64,000 bases of DNA, taken from NCBI GenBank assembly GCA_963812745.1, contig CAWEWE010000004.1, positions 332,734 to 396,733 of the forward strand, written 5' to 3'. The DNA comes from an uncultured Chloroflexia bacterium. Lineage in GTDB: Bacteria; Chloroflexota; Limnocylindria; Limnocylindrales; CSP1-4. Position numbers and translations under genes: made by a program. Position 1 is the first letter of the stretch. Each line of letters starts with the position of its first letter. Under the pieces are notes generated by a model, which saw nothing but the letters and a program-made list of their open reading frames with translations, made no database searches and was not told the origin of the DNA. Positions 20,901 to 31,630 of the stretch are shown here, piece by piece.

Positions 20901-23900
20901 ATGATGCGTGCACTAGTCAGCACAAGCGTTCGCTTCCGGCTGATCGCGATCGGCATCGCCGGCGTGCTCTTGCTGGTGGGGGCGACCCAGCTGCAGAACG
21001 CGCGCGTCGACGTGCTGCCGGAGTTCTCGCCGACGATCGTCGAGGTCCAGACCGAGGCGCTCGGCCTGTCGGCCGAGGAAGTCGAGGAGCTCGTCACGGT
21101 CCCGTTGGAGGCCGACCTCCTCCACGGCGTGGCCTTCCTCGAGAAGATCGAGTCGAAGTCCCTGCCCGGCCTGTCGTCGATCCAGATGACCTTCGAGCCG
21201 GGCACCGAAGTGCTCAAGGCCCGCCAGGTGGTCGCCGAGCGGCTGACGCAGTCGCACGCCCTCCCGAACGTCGCCAAAGCGCCGGTCATGCTCCAGCCCC
21301 TCTCATCCCTCAACCGGTTCATGATCGTCGGCCTCAGCTCGAGCGAGAAGTCGCTCATCGAGATGTCGGTGCTGGCGCGCTGGAACATCCAGCCGCGCCT
21401 CATGGGCGTCCCCGGCGTCGCGAACGTGTCGATCTTCGGCCAGCGCGAGCGGCAGCTCCAGGTCCTGGTCGACCCGGCCCAGCTGCGCCAGCGCGGGGTC
21501 ACACTCGACCACGTGGTCGAGACCGCCGGCAACGCACTGTGGTTCTCGCCCCTGACCTTCCTCGAGGCGTCGACGCCGGGCACCGGCGGCTTCATCGACA
21601 CGCCGCAGCAGCGGCTCGGCATCCAGCACATCCTGCCCATCCGCTCCGCCGAAGACCTCGCCCAGGTCGCCATCGACCGCGGTCCCGATGCGGCGCCTCT
21701 GACCCTCGGTGACGTCGCGACCGTCGTCGAGGACCACCAGCCGCTCATCGGCGACGGGATCGTCGGCAACGGCAACGGCCTCGTGCTCGTCATCGAGAAG
21801 TTCCCTGATGTCAACACGCTCGATGTCACCCGCAATGTCGAAGCCGCGCTCGCGGCGATGCAGCCGGGCCTGCCCGGCATCCAGGTCGATACGACGCTCT
21901 TCCGCGAGGCCTCGTTCATCGATGCCTCGCTCGGCAACGTGTCGCTGGCGCTGCTGGCTGGCTTCCTCCTGATCGCGCTCGTCCTGGGTCTCATCCTGTT
22001 CGACTGGCGAGCCGCGCTGATCAGCCTCATCACCATCCCGCTGGCGGTGCTCGCAGCCGCCGTGGTGCTCCACCTCATGGGCGTGTCGCTCAACGCGATC
22101 AGCGCAGTCGGGATCATGATCGCCGTCGGGGTGGTGGTCGACGACGTCGTCGGCCTGGTCGAGGGCGTGCGTCATCGGCTACGGACGCCACGGCCCGGGG
22201 ACGTGGATTCCGGACGCGCGAGCGTGATCACCGAGGCCGTCCTCGAGAGCCGTGGTCCGGTCGTCTACGCGACCCTGATCATCCTCGTGGCGCTCCTGCC
22301 GCTCCTGTTCGTGGACGGCACGCTCGGCGCCTTCCTGCCGTCCCTCCTGCGCGCGTATGCAGTCGCCATCGTCGCGTCACTCATCGTGTCCGTGACGGTC
22401 GCCCCGGCACTGGCAGTCCTCGTCCTCTCTGCTGCACCTGGCGAACGGCGCGAGTCGCCCCTCCTCCGGCGACTCCGCCGCTCGTACGAGTCGGCCATGA
22501 GCTGGTTCGCGAGCCGCGCGCGGCCGGCGTGGGTGATGATCGGCACCGTCGTCGTCGCCGCCGCGGTCCTCGCAAGTGTTGCCATCGCGCCCGCGGACGG
22601 GAACGGCGTCCTGCCATCGTTCCGCCAGCGTGATCTCCTCATCCACTGGGATGGCGCGCCGGGCATCTCGCATCCGGAGATGAACCGGATCGTGGGCCGC
22701 GCCGCAGCCGAGCTGCGCACGATCCCGGGCGTCCGCAACGTCGGCGCCCACGTCGGCCGCGCGATCATGTCCGACGAGCGGGCCAACGTGAATACCGGCG
22801 AGATCTGGGTCAGCATGGATCCGGGCGCCGATTACGACCGGACCCTCGATGCCGTCCAGACGACCGTCGACGGCTATCCCGGCCTGGCGCGGTCGGTGAC
22901 GACCTACCCGGCCGACCGTATCGCCGAGGTGTTCGGCACCCCGGATCGCGACGTCGCCGTCCGGATCTACGGGCAGGACCTGTCGACGCTCGAGACCAAG
23001 GCCGAGGAAGTCCGCGGCGCGATCTCCGGCATCGGCGGTATCCAGGCGCCGTCTGTCTCCACGACCGTCAAGGAGCCCACGGTCCAGATCGAAGTCGACC
23101 TGGACAAGGCGGCCGCAGTCGGCCTCAAGGCCGGCGACGTCCGGCGGGCCGCCACCTCGCTCCTGTCCGGCATCCAGGTCGGCAACCTCTTCGAGGAGCA
23201 GAAGGTCTTCGAGGTCGTCGTCTGGGGTACGCCGGAGCACAGGGCGAGCCTCGATACCATCAAGGCACTGCTGATCGATACGCCCGACTCCGGGCTGGTC
23301 CGGCTTGGCGATGTCGCCGACGTCAAGGTCGCGGCGGTGCCGAGCGTGATCGACCGCGAAGGCGTGATGCGCTACCTGGACGTCACGGCAGACGTCCAAG
23401 GCCGTGACATCGGATCCGTCGTCGCGGACGTCCGGGCAGCCGTCGCAGCGGTGCCCTTCGCCATCGAATACCACGCCGAGATCAATAGCGCCGGCCTCGA
23501 GCGGCAGGCCGCGCAGATGCAGCTGCTGGTTCTGGCCGCCGGCTGCGTGGTGCTGATGCTGCTGCTCCTCCAGGCCACGTTCGGCGCCTGGCGACTCGCC
23601 CTGCTGGTGCTGCTGGCGGTGCCGGCGGCGGCCGCTGGTGGTGTCGTCCTGGCGCTGGCGACGGGTCAGCTGCTAACGCTGGGGGCGCTTGCCGGGTTCA
23701 TCCTGGTCATCGCCATCACGATCCGCCACGCCGTCGCCCTCATCGATCGCTTCCGGCGGATCGAGCGGAGCGGCGCTGTCCCTGGCGCCGAGGTGGCAGT
23801 GGCCGCCGTCCAGGAGCGGCTGGTCCCGATCGTGACGACCCTGCTTGCCACCGCCGCGTTCGCCCTGCCGTTCATCGTCCTTGGCGACGTGGCCGGCCTC

Positions 23901-24068
23901 GAGATCCTGCGGCCCATGGCGATCTTCGTCCTGGGTGGGCTCGTGAGTGCCGCCCTGCTGATCCTGTTCGTCGTCCCGAGCATCTACATCCTGTCCGGCC
24001 CGAGCCCGGAGTCCGAGACCGAATCGTTGTTGAGCGAACCACCGGCCCTCGAGCCGACCGCGGCATAG
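20901..24068 (+). CDS. RND efflux transporter permease, CzcA/CusA-like (heavy-metal-efflux type)
   Basis: 12-TM architecture with two large periplasmic loops. Conserved TM4 motif GVVVDDVVGLVEG. N-terminus similar to CzcA ([35 protein letters not shown]). In-frame ATG at 20901, with a possible GTG at 20883. Confidence 0.85.
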   Translation: MMRALVSTSVRFRLIAIGIAGVLLLVGATQLQNARVDVLPEFSPTIVEVQTEALGLSAEEVEELVTVPLEADLLHGVAFLEKIESKSLPGLSSIQMTFEPGTEVLKARQVVAERLTQSHALPNVAKAPVMLQPLSSLNRFMIVGLSSSEKSLIEMSVLARWNIQPRLMGVPGVANVSIFGQRERQLQVLVDPAQLRQRGVTLDHVVETAGNALWFSPLTFLEASTPGTGGFIDTPQQRLGIQHILPIRSAEDLAQVAIDRGPDAAPLTLGDVATVVEDHQPLIGDGIVGNGNGLVLVIEKFPDVNTLDVTRNVEAALAAMQPGLPGIQVDTTLFREASFIDASLGNVSLALLAGFLLIALVLGLILFDWRAALISLITIPLAVLAAAVVLHLMGVSLNAISAVGIMIAVGVVVDDVVGLVEGVRHRLRTPRPGDVDSGRASVITEAVLESRGPVVYATLIILVALLPLLFVDGTLGAFLPSLLRAYAVAIVASLIVSVTVAPALAVLVLSAAPGERRESPLLRRLRRSYESAMSWFASRARPAWVMIGTVVVAAAVLASVAIAPADGNGVLPSFRQRDLLIHWDGAPGISHPEMNRIVGRAAAELRTIPGVRNVGAHVGRAIMSDERANVNTGEIWVSMDPGADYDRTLDAVQTTVDGYPGLARSVTTYPADRIAEVFGTPDRDVAVRIYGQDLSTLETKAEEVRGAISGIGGIQAPSVSTTVKEPTVQIEVDLDKAAAVGLKAGDVRRAATSLLSGIQVGNLFEEQKVFEVVVWGTPEHRASLDTIKALLIDTPDSGLVRLGDVADVKVAAVPSVIDREGVMRYLDVTADVQGRDIGSVVADVRAAVAAVPFAIEYHAEINSAGLERQAAQMQLLVLAAGCVVLMLLLLQATFGAWRLALLVLLAVPAAAAGGVVLALATGQLLTLGALAGFILVIAITIRHAVALIDRFRRIERSGAVPGAEVAVAAVQERLVPIVTTLLATAAFALPFIVLGDVAGLEILRPMAIFVLGGLVSAALLILFVVPSIYILSGPSPESETESLLSEPPALEPTAA

Positions 24069-24079
24069 GAGCGACTCTG

Positions 24080-24514
24080 ATGACACGACATCGCTGGTTC
24101 CTGACCGGTATCGCGGTCGCCGCGCTGGCCCTGGGTGCCTGCAACAGCGGCTCGACCACATCCGAACCCAAGGTCGAAGCCATCACCATCGCCGAGGACG
24201 AGGCGACGGGTCTCAAGACCCTGACCCTGTCCGAGAAGGCCGCGGAGCGCCTGGGCGTCGAGACCGCGGAAGTCGCCGGGAGCGGCTCGCAGATGTCGAT
24301 CCCGTACGCCGCCGTCGTCTATGACGCCCAGGGCAAGACCTGGACCTACGTCAATGCCCAGCCGCTCGTGTACCAGCGCGCCGAGATCACGGTCGACGAG
24401 ATCGACGGCGATGTCGCGCGCCTCTCCGTGGGGCCGGCGAGCGGTGCGCTCGTCGTCACGACGGGTGCGGCCGAACTGTACGGCGCTGAGATCGGCGTCG
24501 GCGGCGGTCATTGA
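24080..24514 (+). CDS. 144-aa lipoprotein resembling only the C-terminal beta-barrel/membrane-proximal part of an RND membrane-fusion (periplasmic adaptor) protein
   Basis: Lipobox LALGAC. Mature region IPYAAVVYDAQGKTWTYVNAQPLVYQRAEITVDEIDGDVARLSVGPASGALVVTTGAAELYGAEIG matches the MFP C-terminal pattern (..P.sAv..d.qG..yVfv......r.v..g...g..v.i..Gl..Ge.vV..G...L.dG..v). RBS AGGAG. It lies between the two RND pumps. Confidence 0.55.
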   Translation: MTRHRWFLTGIAVAALALGACNSGSTTSEPKVEAITIAEDEATGLKTLTLSEKAAERLGVETAEVAGSGSQMSIPYAAVVYDAQGKTWTYVNAQPLVYQRAEITVDEIDGDVARLSVGPASGALVVTTGAAELYGAEIGVGGGH

Positions 24515-24553
24515 TCACCGCCTAACCCACGTCACTGGGGGGAGACCTCGGTC

Positions 24554-27500
24554 ATGATGCGCCGGATCATCGCTCTCAGCCTGCGCTTCCGCTTCATCGT
24601 CGTCGCGCTTGCGGCGGCCCTGTTGATCTTCGGTGCTGCCCAAGTGCAGGCCATGCCAGTCGACGTCTTCCCGGAGTTCGCTCCGCCGAAGGTCGAGATC
24701 CAGACGATCTGCATCGGCCTGTCGGCTGAGGAGGTCGAGCAGCTCGTCACGGTGCCGATCGAGCAGTCGCTCGCCGGCATCGAGGGCCTGGAGACCATCC
24801 GTTCGAAGTCGGTCATCCAGCTCTCGCAGGTCGTGCTGCTGTTCAAGCCCGGGACGAACGAGCTCGAAGCTCGCCAGCTCGTAGCCGAACGGCTCGCCCA
24901 GATAACACCGTCGCTACCGACCTGGGCCGCACCACCGGTGATGCTCCAGCCGCTGTCGGCGACGAGCCGCGTCATGAAGATCGGTCTGAGCTCCGAGACG
25001 GTCGATCAGATCGACATGTCGATGATCTCGTACTGGACGATCCGGCCCCGACTGCTGAGCGTCTCCGGCGTGGCGAACGTCGCCATCTGGGGCGAGCAGA
25101 TCGACATGCTGAGCGTGCAGGCCATCCCGGACAAGCTCGTCGAGCACGGGGTCGCCCTCACCGACATCATGGACGCCGTCTCCGAGACGCTCGATGACGG
25201 GCTCCTGCAGTTCAACACCGGCAACTTCACGGGGACCGGCGGGTACATCGACACGCCCAACCAGCGCTTCGTCATCCGCCACGTGCCGCCCGTCGTCGGC
25301 GTCGAGGATCTCGCCCACGTCACCGTCCCAGGCCGCGACGGCCAGGCGGTCCCGCTCACCGACGTGGTCGAGCTGGTCCGCGCCCATCAGCCGCTGATCG
25401 GCGAGGCAGTCATCAACGACGGGCCGGGCGTCATGCTCATCGTCGAGAAGTTCCCGTGGGCCAACACGCTCGACGTGACTCGTGGCGTCGAGCTCGCCCT
25501 CGACGACCTTCGACCGGGCCTGTCCGGCATCGACGTCGACCACACGATCTTCCGCCCGGCCAGCTTCATCGAGCAGGCACTCCACAACCTGTCGAATGCG
25601 CTGATCCTCGGCAGCATCCTCGTATTCGTCATCCTGATCGTCTTCCTGTTCGAGTGGCGGACCGCGCTGATCAGCCTCGTGGCGATCCCGCTGTCGCTGA
25701 TGGCCGCCGCGATGGTCCTGTACTTCCGGGACGTCACGATCAACACGATGATCCTGGCGGGCTTCGTCATCTCGGTGGGGGTCGTCGTCGACGACGCGAT
25801 CATCGACGTCGAGAACATCACCAGACGGCTGCGCCTGGCGCGCCTCGAGGGCAGCACGAGGTCGACCGCTTCGATCATCCTCGACTCGTCGCTGGAGGTC
25901 CGCAGCGCGATCGTCTATGCCACGCTGATCGACGTCATCGCGGTGTCGCCGGTGTTCTTCATCAGCGGCCTGTCGGGTTCGTTCTTCCAGCCGCTGGTGA
26001 TCTCCTATGGGCTCGCCGTGCTGGCATCGCTGGTCGTCGCGCTCACGGTCACACCGGCGATGGCCTTCATCCTGCTGCGCAACGCTCCGATCGAGCGCCA
26101 GCGCTCACCCATCACCAAGCGGCTGCAGGAGGGCTACGCCCGCCTCATCACGCGCATCCTCCGGACGACGCGTCCCGCCTTCGTGACGGTCGGCCTGGTG
26201 AGCATGGTCGGGCTCGGCGTGTGGCCGCAGCTCGGCCAGTCGCTCCTGCCCGACTTCAAGGAACGCGACTTCCTGATGCACTGGGTGACCGCGCCGGGTA
26301 CATCCATCGGCGAAGAGACCCGGATCACGATCGAAGCGTGCAACGAGCTGCGCGAGATCCCCGGTGTTCGCAACTGCGGGTCGCACATCGGCCAGGCCTT
26401 CGTCGCCGACGAGCCGTACGGCGTCGAGTTCGGCGAGAACTGGATCAGCATCGATCCGGCGGTGGACTACGACAAGACGCATGCCGCCGTCCTCGAGGTG
26501 GTCAACGGCTACCCGGGCCTTCGGCGCGACGTGCAGACTTATCTGAAGGAGCGCATCCGCGAGGTCCTCACCGGCTCCAGCGACGCCATCGTCATCCGCA
26601 TCTACGGTCCGGACCTCAAGGTCCTCAAGGACCTCGCCGATGACGTCGAGGAGAAGCTCGGCGCCATCCCGGGGATCATCGACCTCCACAGTGAGCAGTT
26701 GATCGACATCCCCCAGATCCAGGTCCAGGTCGACCTCGCCAAGGCGCAGGCCCACGGCGTGAAGCCGGGTGACGTCCGGCGCATCGCCTCGACCTACATG
26801 GCCGGCGAAGAGGTCGGCGACATCTTCAACACCGGCAAGGCGTACGACGTGGTCGTCTGGAGCGTCCCGCAGAAGCGCGGTAGCGTCACGGACGTCGAGA
26901 ACCTCCTCATCGACACCGCGTCCGGTAGCAAGGTCGCCCTCAAGACGATCGCGGATGTGACCGTCGCGCCGACCGCCGGCCACGTGAACCACGAGGAGAC
27001 GGCCCGTCGGATCCACGTCGATGCGAACGTCAGCGGCCGCGACCTCGGTGCGGTGATCACCGACGTGAAGGCCGCGCTCGCCACCGTGCAGTTCCCGCAG
27101 GAATACCATCCGGAGCTGCTCGGTGAATACCAGGAGCGGCAGGCGGCGCAGGACCGGCTCCTGCTGTTCGCGATCGTCGCGGCGGTCGGCGTGTTCCTGC
27201 TCCTGCAGGCGTCGTTCGGTAGCACGCGCCTGGCGATCCTGTCGTTCCTGACCCTTCCGTCGGCACTCGTCGGCGGCATCCTCGCCGCGTGGGTCGGGAC
27301 CGGCGTGGTGTCGCTCGGGGCACTCGTCGGGTTCTTCACGGTGCTGGGCATCGCGGCCCGCAACGGCATCATGATGATCAACCACTTCCAGCACCTCGAG
27401 CGCTACGAGGGGATGGAGTTCGGGCCGGCCCTCGTGGTCCGCGGAGCCCGGGAGCGGCTGGCACCGATCCTCATGACGGCGCTCGCGACCGGCCTCGCGC

Positions 27501-27679
27501 TCGTCCCGCTGGCGATCGCCGGCGACCTGCCGGGCCATGAGATCGAGCACCCGATGGCGATCGTCATCCTGGGCGGCCTGGTCACCTCGACCCTGCTCAA
27601 CCTGTTCGTCGTCCCGTCCCTCTACCTGCGGTTCGGCCGGAGCAAGCCTGCGACCTCAGGAGCCGCCGCGGCGGCCTGA
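24554..27679 (+). CDS. RND efflux transporter permease, CzcA/CusA-like (second paralog)
   Basis: TM4 motif [20 protein letters not shown] is typical of HME-RND. RBS GGGGGGAG. 1041 aa. Confidence 0.85.
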   Translation: MMRRIIALSLRFRFIVVALAAALLIFGAAQVQAMPVDVFPEFAPPKVEIQTICIGLSAEEVEQLVTVPIEQSLAGIEGLETIRSKSVIQLSQVVLLFKPGTNELEARQLVAERLAQITPSLPTWAAPPVMLQPLSATSRVMKIGLSSETVDQIDMSMISYWTIRPRLLSVSGVANVAIWGEQIDMLSVQAIPDKLVEHGVALTDIMDAVSETLDDGLLQFNTGNFTGTGGYIDTPNQRFVIRHVPPVVGVEDLAHVTVPGRDGQAVPLTDVVELVRAHQPLIGEAVINDGPGVMLIVEKFPWANTLDVTRGVELALDDLRPGLSGIDVDHTIFRPASFIEQALHNLSNALILGSILVFVILIVFLFEWRTALISLVAIPLSLMAAAMVLYFRDVTINTMILAGFVISVGVVVDDAIIDVENITRRLRLARLEGSTRSTASIILDSSLEVRSAIVYATLIDVIAVSPVFFISGLSGSFFQPLVISYGLAVLASLVVALTVTPAMAFILLRNAPIERQRSPITKRLQEGYARLITRILRTTRPAFVTVGLVSMVGLGVWPQLGQSLLPDFKERDFLMHWVTAPGTSIGEETRITIEACNELREIPGVRNCGSHIGQAFVADEPYGVEFGENWISIDPAVDYDKTHAAVLEVVNGYPGLRRDVQTYLKERIREVLTGSSDAIVIRIYGPDLKVLKDLADDVEEKLGAIPGIIDLHSEQLIDIPQIQVQVDLAKAQAHGVKPGDVRRIASTYMAGEEVGDIFNTGKAYDVVVWSVPQKRGSVTDVENLLIDTASGSKVALKTIADVTVAPTAGHVNHEETARRIHVDANVSGRDLGAVITDVKAALATVQFPQEYHPELLGEYQERQAAQDRLLLFAIVAAVGVFLLLQASFGSTRLAILSFLTLPSALVGGILAAWVGTGVVSLGALVGFFTVLGIAARNGIMMINHFQHLERYEGMEFGPALVVRGARERLAPILMTALATGLALVPLAIAGDLPGHEIEHPMAIVILGGLVTSTLLNLFVVPSLYLRFGRSKPATSGAAAAA

Positions 27680-27731
27680 CACGCTCCCCGCGCGACCCGG
27701 GGTCACTGTCCCAGCGTTCCCGTCGAGGGGA

Positions 27732-27763
27732 GCCGAATGACGGCCAAGCGGCCGTCATTCGGC
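27732..27763. terminator. perfect 14-bp hairpin GCCGAATGACGGCC-aagc-GGCCGTCATTCGGC, bidirectional terminator between convergent genes
   Basis: Seen in the sequence between the RND2 stop (27679) and the APH-family gene stop (27793). Confidence 0.55.
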
Positions 27764-27792
27764 GTATCCGGGGGTCGAACGCTGGACGGCCG

Positions 27793-28812
27793 CTACTGCC
27801 GAGCGTCGAGCCGCTCGATGAGGTCGACCAGCCACATCGCCGGGCCGTCGCCGAACGTTCCCATCGCCGCGGGGTCGACGCCGGAGAGTGCTCGCGCCCA
27901 TGCCGCCGACTTGCCGATCCGACCGAGATCGAGTGCCAGCCCGAGGACGTCGTGCAGGGCGGCCCGCGGCAGCACGTCGGTCCAGGCTTCCAGGTAGGCA
28001 TCGCGAAGGCGGATGAGCTCCGGTCCATCGGGATCCGTGCCCAGCCGGTGGGCGACCGAGTTCAGCGTCGTGACCAGCGTCGCGAACGGGTGGGCCACGG
28101 CCGCGTCGCCCCAATCGAAGAAGCGGACACCGTCCGTGCCCACGAAGACGTTGCCGCTATGCAGATCGTCGTGCTGGATCGTGGCCGCGATCCCCGAGCG
28201 GTCCAGCTCACCGGCCGTGGCCGCGACCCACTCTCCCAGGCCGCGTAGCCGCTCGCGACCCGCCTCCGCCGCCGGCCGGTCGTCGTCACCGACAAGTGCC
28301 CACCACTGATCGTCCTCGACGATCCGTGCCAGCTCCCCGGGGAGCGCCGCGGGCCTGCCGTCCGGGACGCCCAGCGCGAGCAGCTCCCCTACGCGATCCT
28401 CGACACTTCGTTGGAGAAGGGCGTAGTCGGCGAGGATCCGCTCCCACGCGGCGAGGTCGGCGTCGCCAGTGCCGTCCGGACGAGTCTGGCGGAGCGTCGG
28501 GCCGCCGTCCTCGAAGAGCAGCCATCCTCGCTCGGCGTCCGCGTCGAGCGGCAACGACACGTGCCCCACGTTCCACGCTGCGAACGCCGTCAGCAGCCCC
28601 GCCTCGTGGGCGGTGCCCGGGCCGGAGGCCTTGCACCAGACGGCGCCACCGTCGGTCAGGATGCGGAACACCGTCGACCACGGCCGGACGTGCGGCTGCT
28701 CCACCGTTCCGACGACCGAGCGGCCGTGGGCCCTGAGCCGATCACGCGCCCAGGCGAGGATCGTCTCGACCCACGCAGGGTCGGTCCAGGCGGTCCGGCC
28801 CTGCCCGCTCAT
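27793..28812 (-). CDS. phosphotransferase-family (APH-like) kinase
   Basis: Catalytic motif HDDLHSGNVF and Mg-binding motif FFDWGDAAVAHPF. The start MSGQGRTAW (ATG 28810-28812) overlaps the upstream phosphoesterase stop (ATGA). Confidence 0.7.
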   Translation of the reverse strand: MSGQGRTAWTDPAWVETILAWARDRLRAHGRSVVGTVEQPHVRPWSTVFRILTDGGAVWCKASGPGTAHEAGLLTAFAAWNVGHVSLPLDADAERGWLLFEDGGPTLRQTRPDGTGDADLAAWERILADYALLQRSVEDRVGELLALGVPDGRPAALPGELARIVEDDQWWALVGDDDRPAAEAGRERLRGLGEWVAATAGELDRSGIAATIQHDDLHSGNVFVGTDGVRFFDWGDAAVAHPFATLVTTLNSVAHRLGTDPDGPELIRLRDAYLEAWTDVLPRAALHDVLGLALDLGRIGKSAAWARALSGVDPAAMGTFGDGPAMWLVDLIERLDARQ

Positions 28813-29810
28813 CCCGGGCTGAAGAACTCGTCCATCGTCCCGGCCGAACAGGACTCGGCGAGGCAGTCGAGACCCCACGCGTCCTGGATCGTGCGCAGCA
28901 GCGTGTAGTGGTCGTGCCGCTCGGTCGACCGGGAGCCGGCCGGGATGTGAGGTGAGGCCACGATCGTGGCGATGTGCCCGCCCGAGGGCTCGTCGCCGGC
29001 GTCCTCGTCGAACGTCACGACGAGCAGCCCGCCGTCACGGAACGCGTCGCTCTCGAGGATGGTGGGCACGAGCTCGGCCAGCCAGGCGTCGGCCCGGTCC
29101 AGCGGGCAGTCGTGCGCGTTGTGGCACTGGTTCGGGACGATGAAGGCGAAGTCCGCGTCTCCGGGCCGGAAGGCGGTGAAGTCCTGCAGATACGCACACC
29201 GGCGCGGGTCGGTCCGGATGCTCGTGAAGCTGATGGCCGGCGCGTGCTTGCGCTCGTACACCCCCTCGCCGTCACGCCCACCGCTGGCGGAGCTCCCGGT
29301 GAAACACCCGTCGGGGCGGTTCTCCGCGTACTCGCGCCATGTCCGCCCGCGCGCCTCGATCTGGTCGGCGATGGTCGGCGCGTCGATGTCGTGGCTGCGG
29401 TTGTCGGTCACGCCGTGGATCGAGCCGCTGAACATGGCGAAGTAGTTGGGCTGCGACGGCCGGGCGACACCGAACGACCGCTCGGCCAGGCCGAAGCGCT
29501 CGATCAGCCCGTTGGTGTACGGCATGTCGTCCGCCCCGACCACCCGGTCGTAGTCCTGGTTCTCGAGGACGATGATCCAGACGTTGGGGAAGTCCGGGAT
29601 CGCGGCCGACGGACTCGGCCCGGCCGACGAGGACGGCGACGGCGACGCGCTGGTCGATGGCGCCACGGTGGCGGATGGCGGTGCCGTCGCTGATCGCGAC
29701 GGGGCGGGCGTGGGGGTCGAGCCGGCCCGTTGCGTCAGTCCGTATGCCAACAGGACCACGACGACCAGGCCGACGCCGAGGGCGAACGCGATCGAGCGCT
29801 GCTTCGTCAC
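28809..29810 (-). CDS. membrane-anchored phosphoesterase-family protein (phospholipase C / acid phosphatase AcpA-like, PF04185-type)
   Basis: N-terminal TM (IAFALGVGLVVVVLLAYGL) and a Ser/Pro-rich linker. The phosphoesterase core has IIVLENQDYD...NYFAMFSGS...IVPNQCHNAHD motifs. Confidence 0.65.
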   Translation of the reverse strand: MTKQRSIAFALGVGLVVVVLLAYGLTQRAGSTPTPAPSRSATAPPSATVAPSTSASPSPSSSAGPSPSAAIPDFPNVWIIVLENQDYDRVVGADDMPYTNGLIERFGLAERSFGVARPSQPNYFAMFSGSIHGVTDNRSHDIDAPTIADQIEARGRTWREYAENRPDGCFTGSSASGGRDGEGVYERKHAPAISFTSIRTDPRRCAYLQDFTAFRPGDADFAFIVPNQCHNAHDCPLDRADAWLAELVPTILESDAFRDGGLLVVTFDEDAGDEPSGGHIATIVASPHIPAGSRSTERHDHYTLLRTIQDAWGLDCLAESCSAGTMDEFFSPG

Positions 29811-29827
29811 GCTCCCCCTCGACGAGA

Positions 29828-31504
29828 TCAGCGCTTCCGGCCGCCGCCGAACAGCGTGCCGAAGATCCCGCGGATGATGTCCTGACCGAGCCGCGACGTC
29901 GCGACCCGGCCGCCGGTCCGCACGACGTTGTCGATCGTCCGCTGGCGCGCCTTGGCAGTAGCGGCGGCCTCCCGCTCCTCGGCCTTGCGCTGCCGCTCCG
30001 CCTCACGCGCGGCGCGTTTCTGGGCGGCCTCAACCTCGCGCTGCTGGCGGGCGATCTCGCGAGACTGCTGCGCGGGTGTCATGTCGTTCAGGCCGCCCGC
30101 GGTCGTCGGGTCGAGTCCGGCGCGCGTCGCCTCCTCGATCGCGGCCTGACGAGCCGCCGCGACCCTGGCCGTGATCCGTTCGTGGGCACTGTCGCGATCG
30201 ACCGTGGCGCCGTACTTGGTCGCGAACGTGCTGCCGGCGACCGCCGCCGCGAACGCGTCCGGCGGCATCGGTGCCATCAGCGAGTCGGGCGGCAGCAGCC
30301 GCGTGGCCGCCAGCGGCGTGGGCACCCCGCGCGGCGACAGGACCGTCACCAGCGCCTCGCCCGTCCCGAGCGAGGTGATCGCCTTCTCGACGTCGTAGAA
30401 GTCGGTCATCGGGAAGGTCCGCGCGGTCTTGCGCAGGGCGTCGGCGTCGTCGGGCGTGAACGCGCGCAGGGCGTGCTGCACGCGGTTGCCGAGCTGGGCG
30501 AGCACGGCCGCCGGCACGTCGGTGGGCGCCTGGGTCACGAAGTACACGCCGACGCCCTTCGATCGGATGAGTCGGGCAGTCCGCTCGATCTGGTCCATCA
30601 ACGCCTCTGAGGCATCGTCGAAGAGCAGGTGCGCCTCGTCGAAGAAGAAGCACAGCTTCGGCTTGGGCAGGTCGCCCGCCTCGGGCAGGGTCTCGTACAG
30701 CTGGGCGAGCATCCACAACATGAACGTCGAGAACAGGCGCGGCTGGTCCATGACATCGGCCAGCTCCAGGATGCTGATGACACCCTGGCCATCGGCCGTC
30801 GTGCGGATGAGGTCCTCGACCTCGAACTCCGGCTCGCCGAAGAAGACGTCCGCGCCCTCCTGCTCGAGCACGACGATCGACCGCAGCAGCACGCCGACCG
30901 TCGCCGTCGACATCCCGCCGTAGTCCTCGAGGATCGCCTTGCCCTCATCGGACGAGAGGAACTTGAGCGAGGTCGCGAGATCCTTCAGGTCGAGCAGCGG
31001 CAGGTCGTTGTCATCGCAGTACTTGAAGACGAGGGCGAGGACGCTCGTCTGCGTCTCGTTGAGGTCGAGCACCTTGCCCAGGAGCAGCGGACCGAACGAG
31101 CTGACCGTGGCGCGGACCTGTGCACCGTTCTTGCCCGACAGGGACAGGAACTCGACCGGGTGCCCCGACGCCTCGAACTGCCAGCCCAACGAGGCCACGC
31201 GTTCCTGGACCTTGGGGTTCGCGCCGTCGCCGGGGAGGGCGATGCCCGACAGGTCGCCCTTGATGTCGGCCGCGAACACCGGGACGCCCGCCTTTGACAG
31301 CTGCCCCGCCAGCAGCTGGAGCGTCTTGGTCTTGCCGGTCCCGGTCGCCCCTGCCACCAGCCCGTGGCGGTTGAGGATCGACATCGGGATGCACACCCGG
31401 ACATCGTTGAAGAGCTCGCCCTCGTGCATCGCGCTGCCGACGATCAGGCTCGGCTCGTCGAACGCATAGCCGGCCGAGATCGCGTCGCGGAATGCCTGAT
31501 CCAT
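29828..31504 (-). CDS. DUF853 (helicase HerA-like C-terminal domain) P-loop NTPase, YjgR-like
   Basis: Walker A GATGTGKTKTL, and Walker B/DEAH-like LCFFFDEAHLLF. The basic/coiled C-terminal tail is typical of the DUF853 family. Confidence 0.7.
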   Translation of the reverse strand: MDQAFRDAISAGYAFDEPSLIVGSAMHEGELFNDVRVCIPMSILNRHGLVAGATGTGKTKTLQLLAGQLSKAGVPVFAADIKGDLSGIALPGDGANPKVQERVASLGWQFEASGHPVEFLSLSGKNGAQVRATVSSFGPLLLGKVLDLNETQTSVLALVFKYCDDNDLPLLDLKDLATSLKFLSSDEGKAILEDYGGMSTATVGVLLRSIVVLEQEGADVFFGEPEFEVEDLIRTTADGQGVISILELADVMDQPRLFSTFMLWMLAQLYETLPEAGDLPKPKLCFFFDEAHLLFDDASEALMDQIERTARLIRSKGVGVYFVTQAPTDVPAAVLAQLGNRVQHALRAFTPDDADALRKTARTFPMTDFYDVEKAITSLGTGEALVTVLSPRGVPTPLAATRLLPPDSLMAPMPPDAFAAAVAGSTFATKYGATVDRDSAHERITARVAAARQAAIEEATRAGLDPTTAGGLNDMTPAQQSREIARQQREVEAAQKRAAREAERQRKAEEREAAATAKARQRTIDNVVRTGGRVATSRLGQDIIRGIFGTLFGGGRKR

Positions 31505-31630
31505 GGGTCCTCCGAGGCAGCCGAACGGTCCGTTCGAGGGGAAGGCGCAAGGGTATCATCGGACCCCCGCGCCGCCACTTCGCACCTCACCGCGGCGGCC
31601 GGCACGGGATGCTCACAGCCGGAGGAAGCC

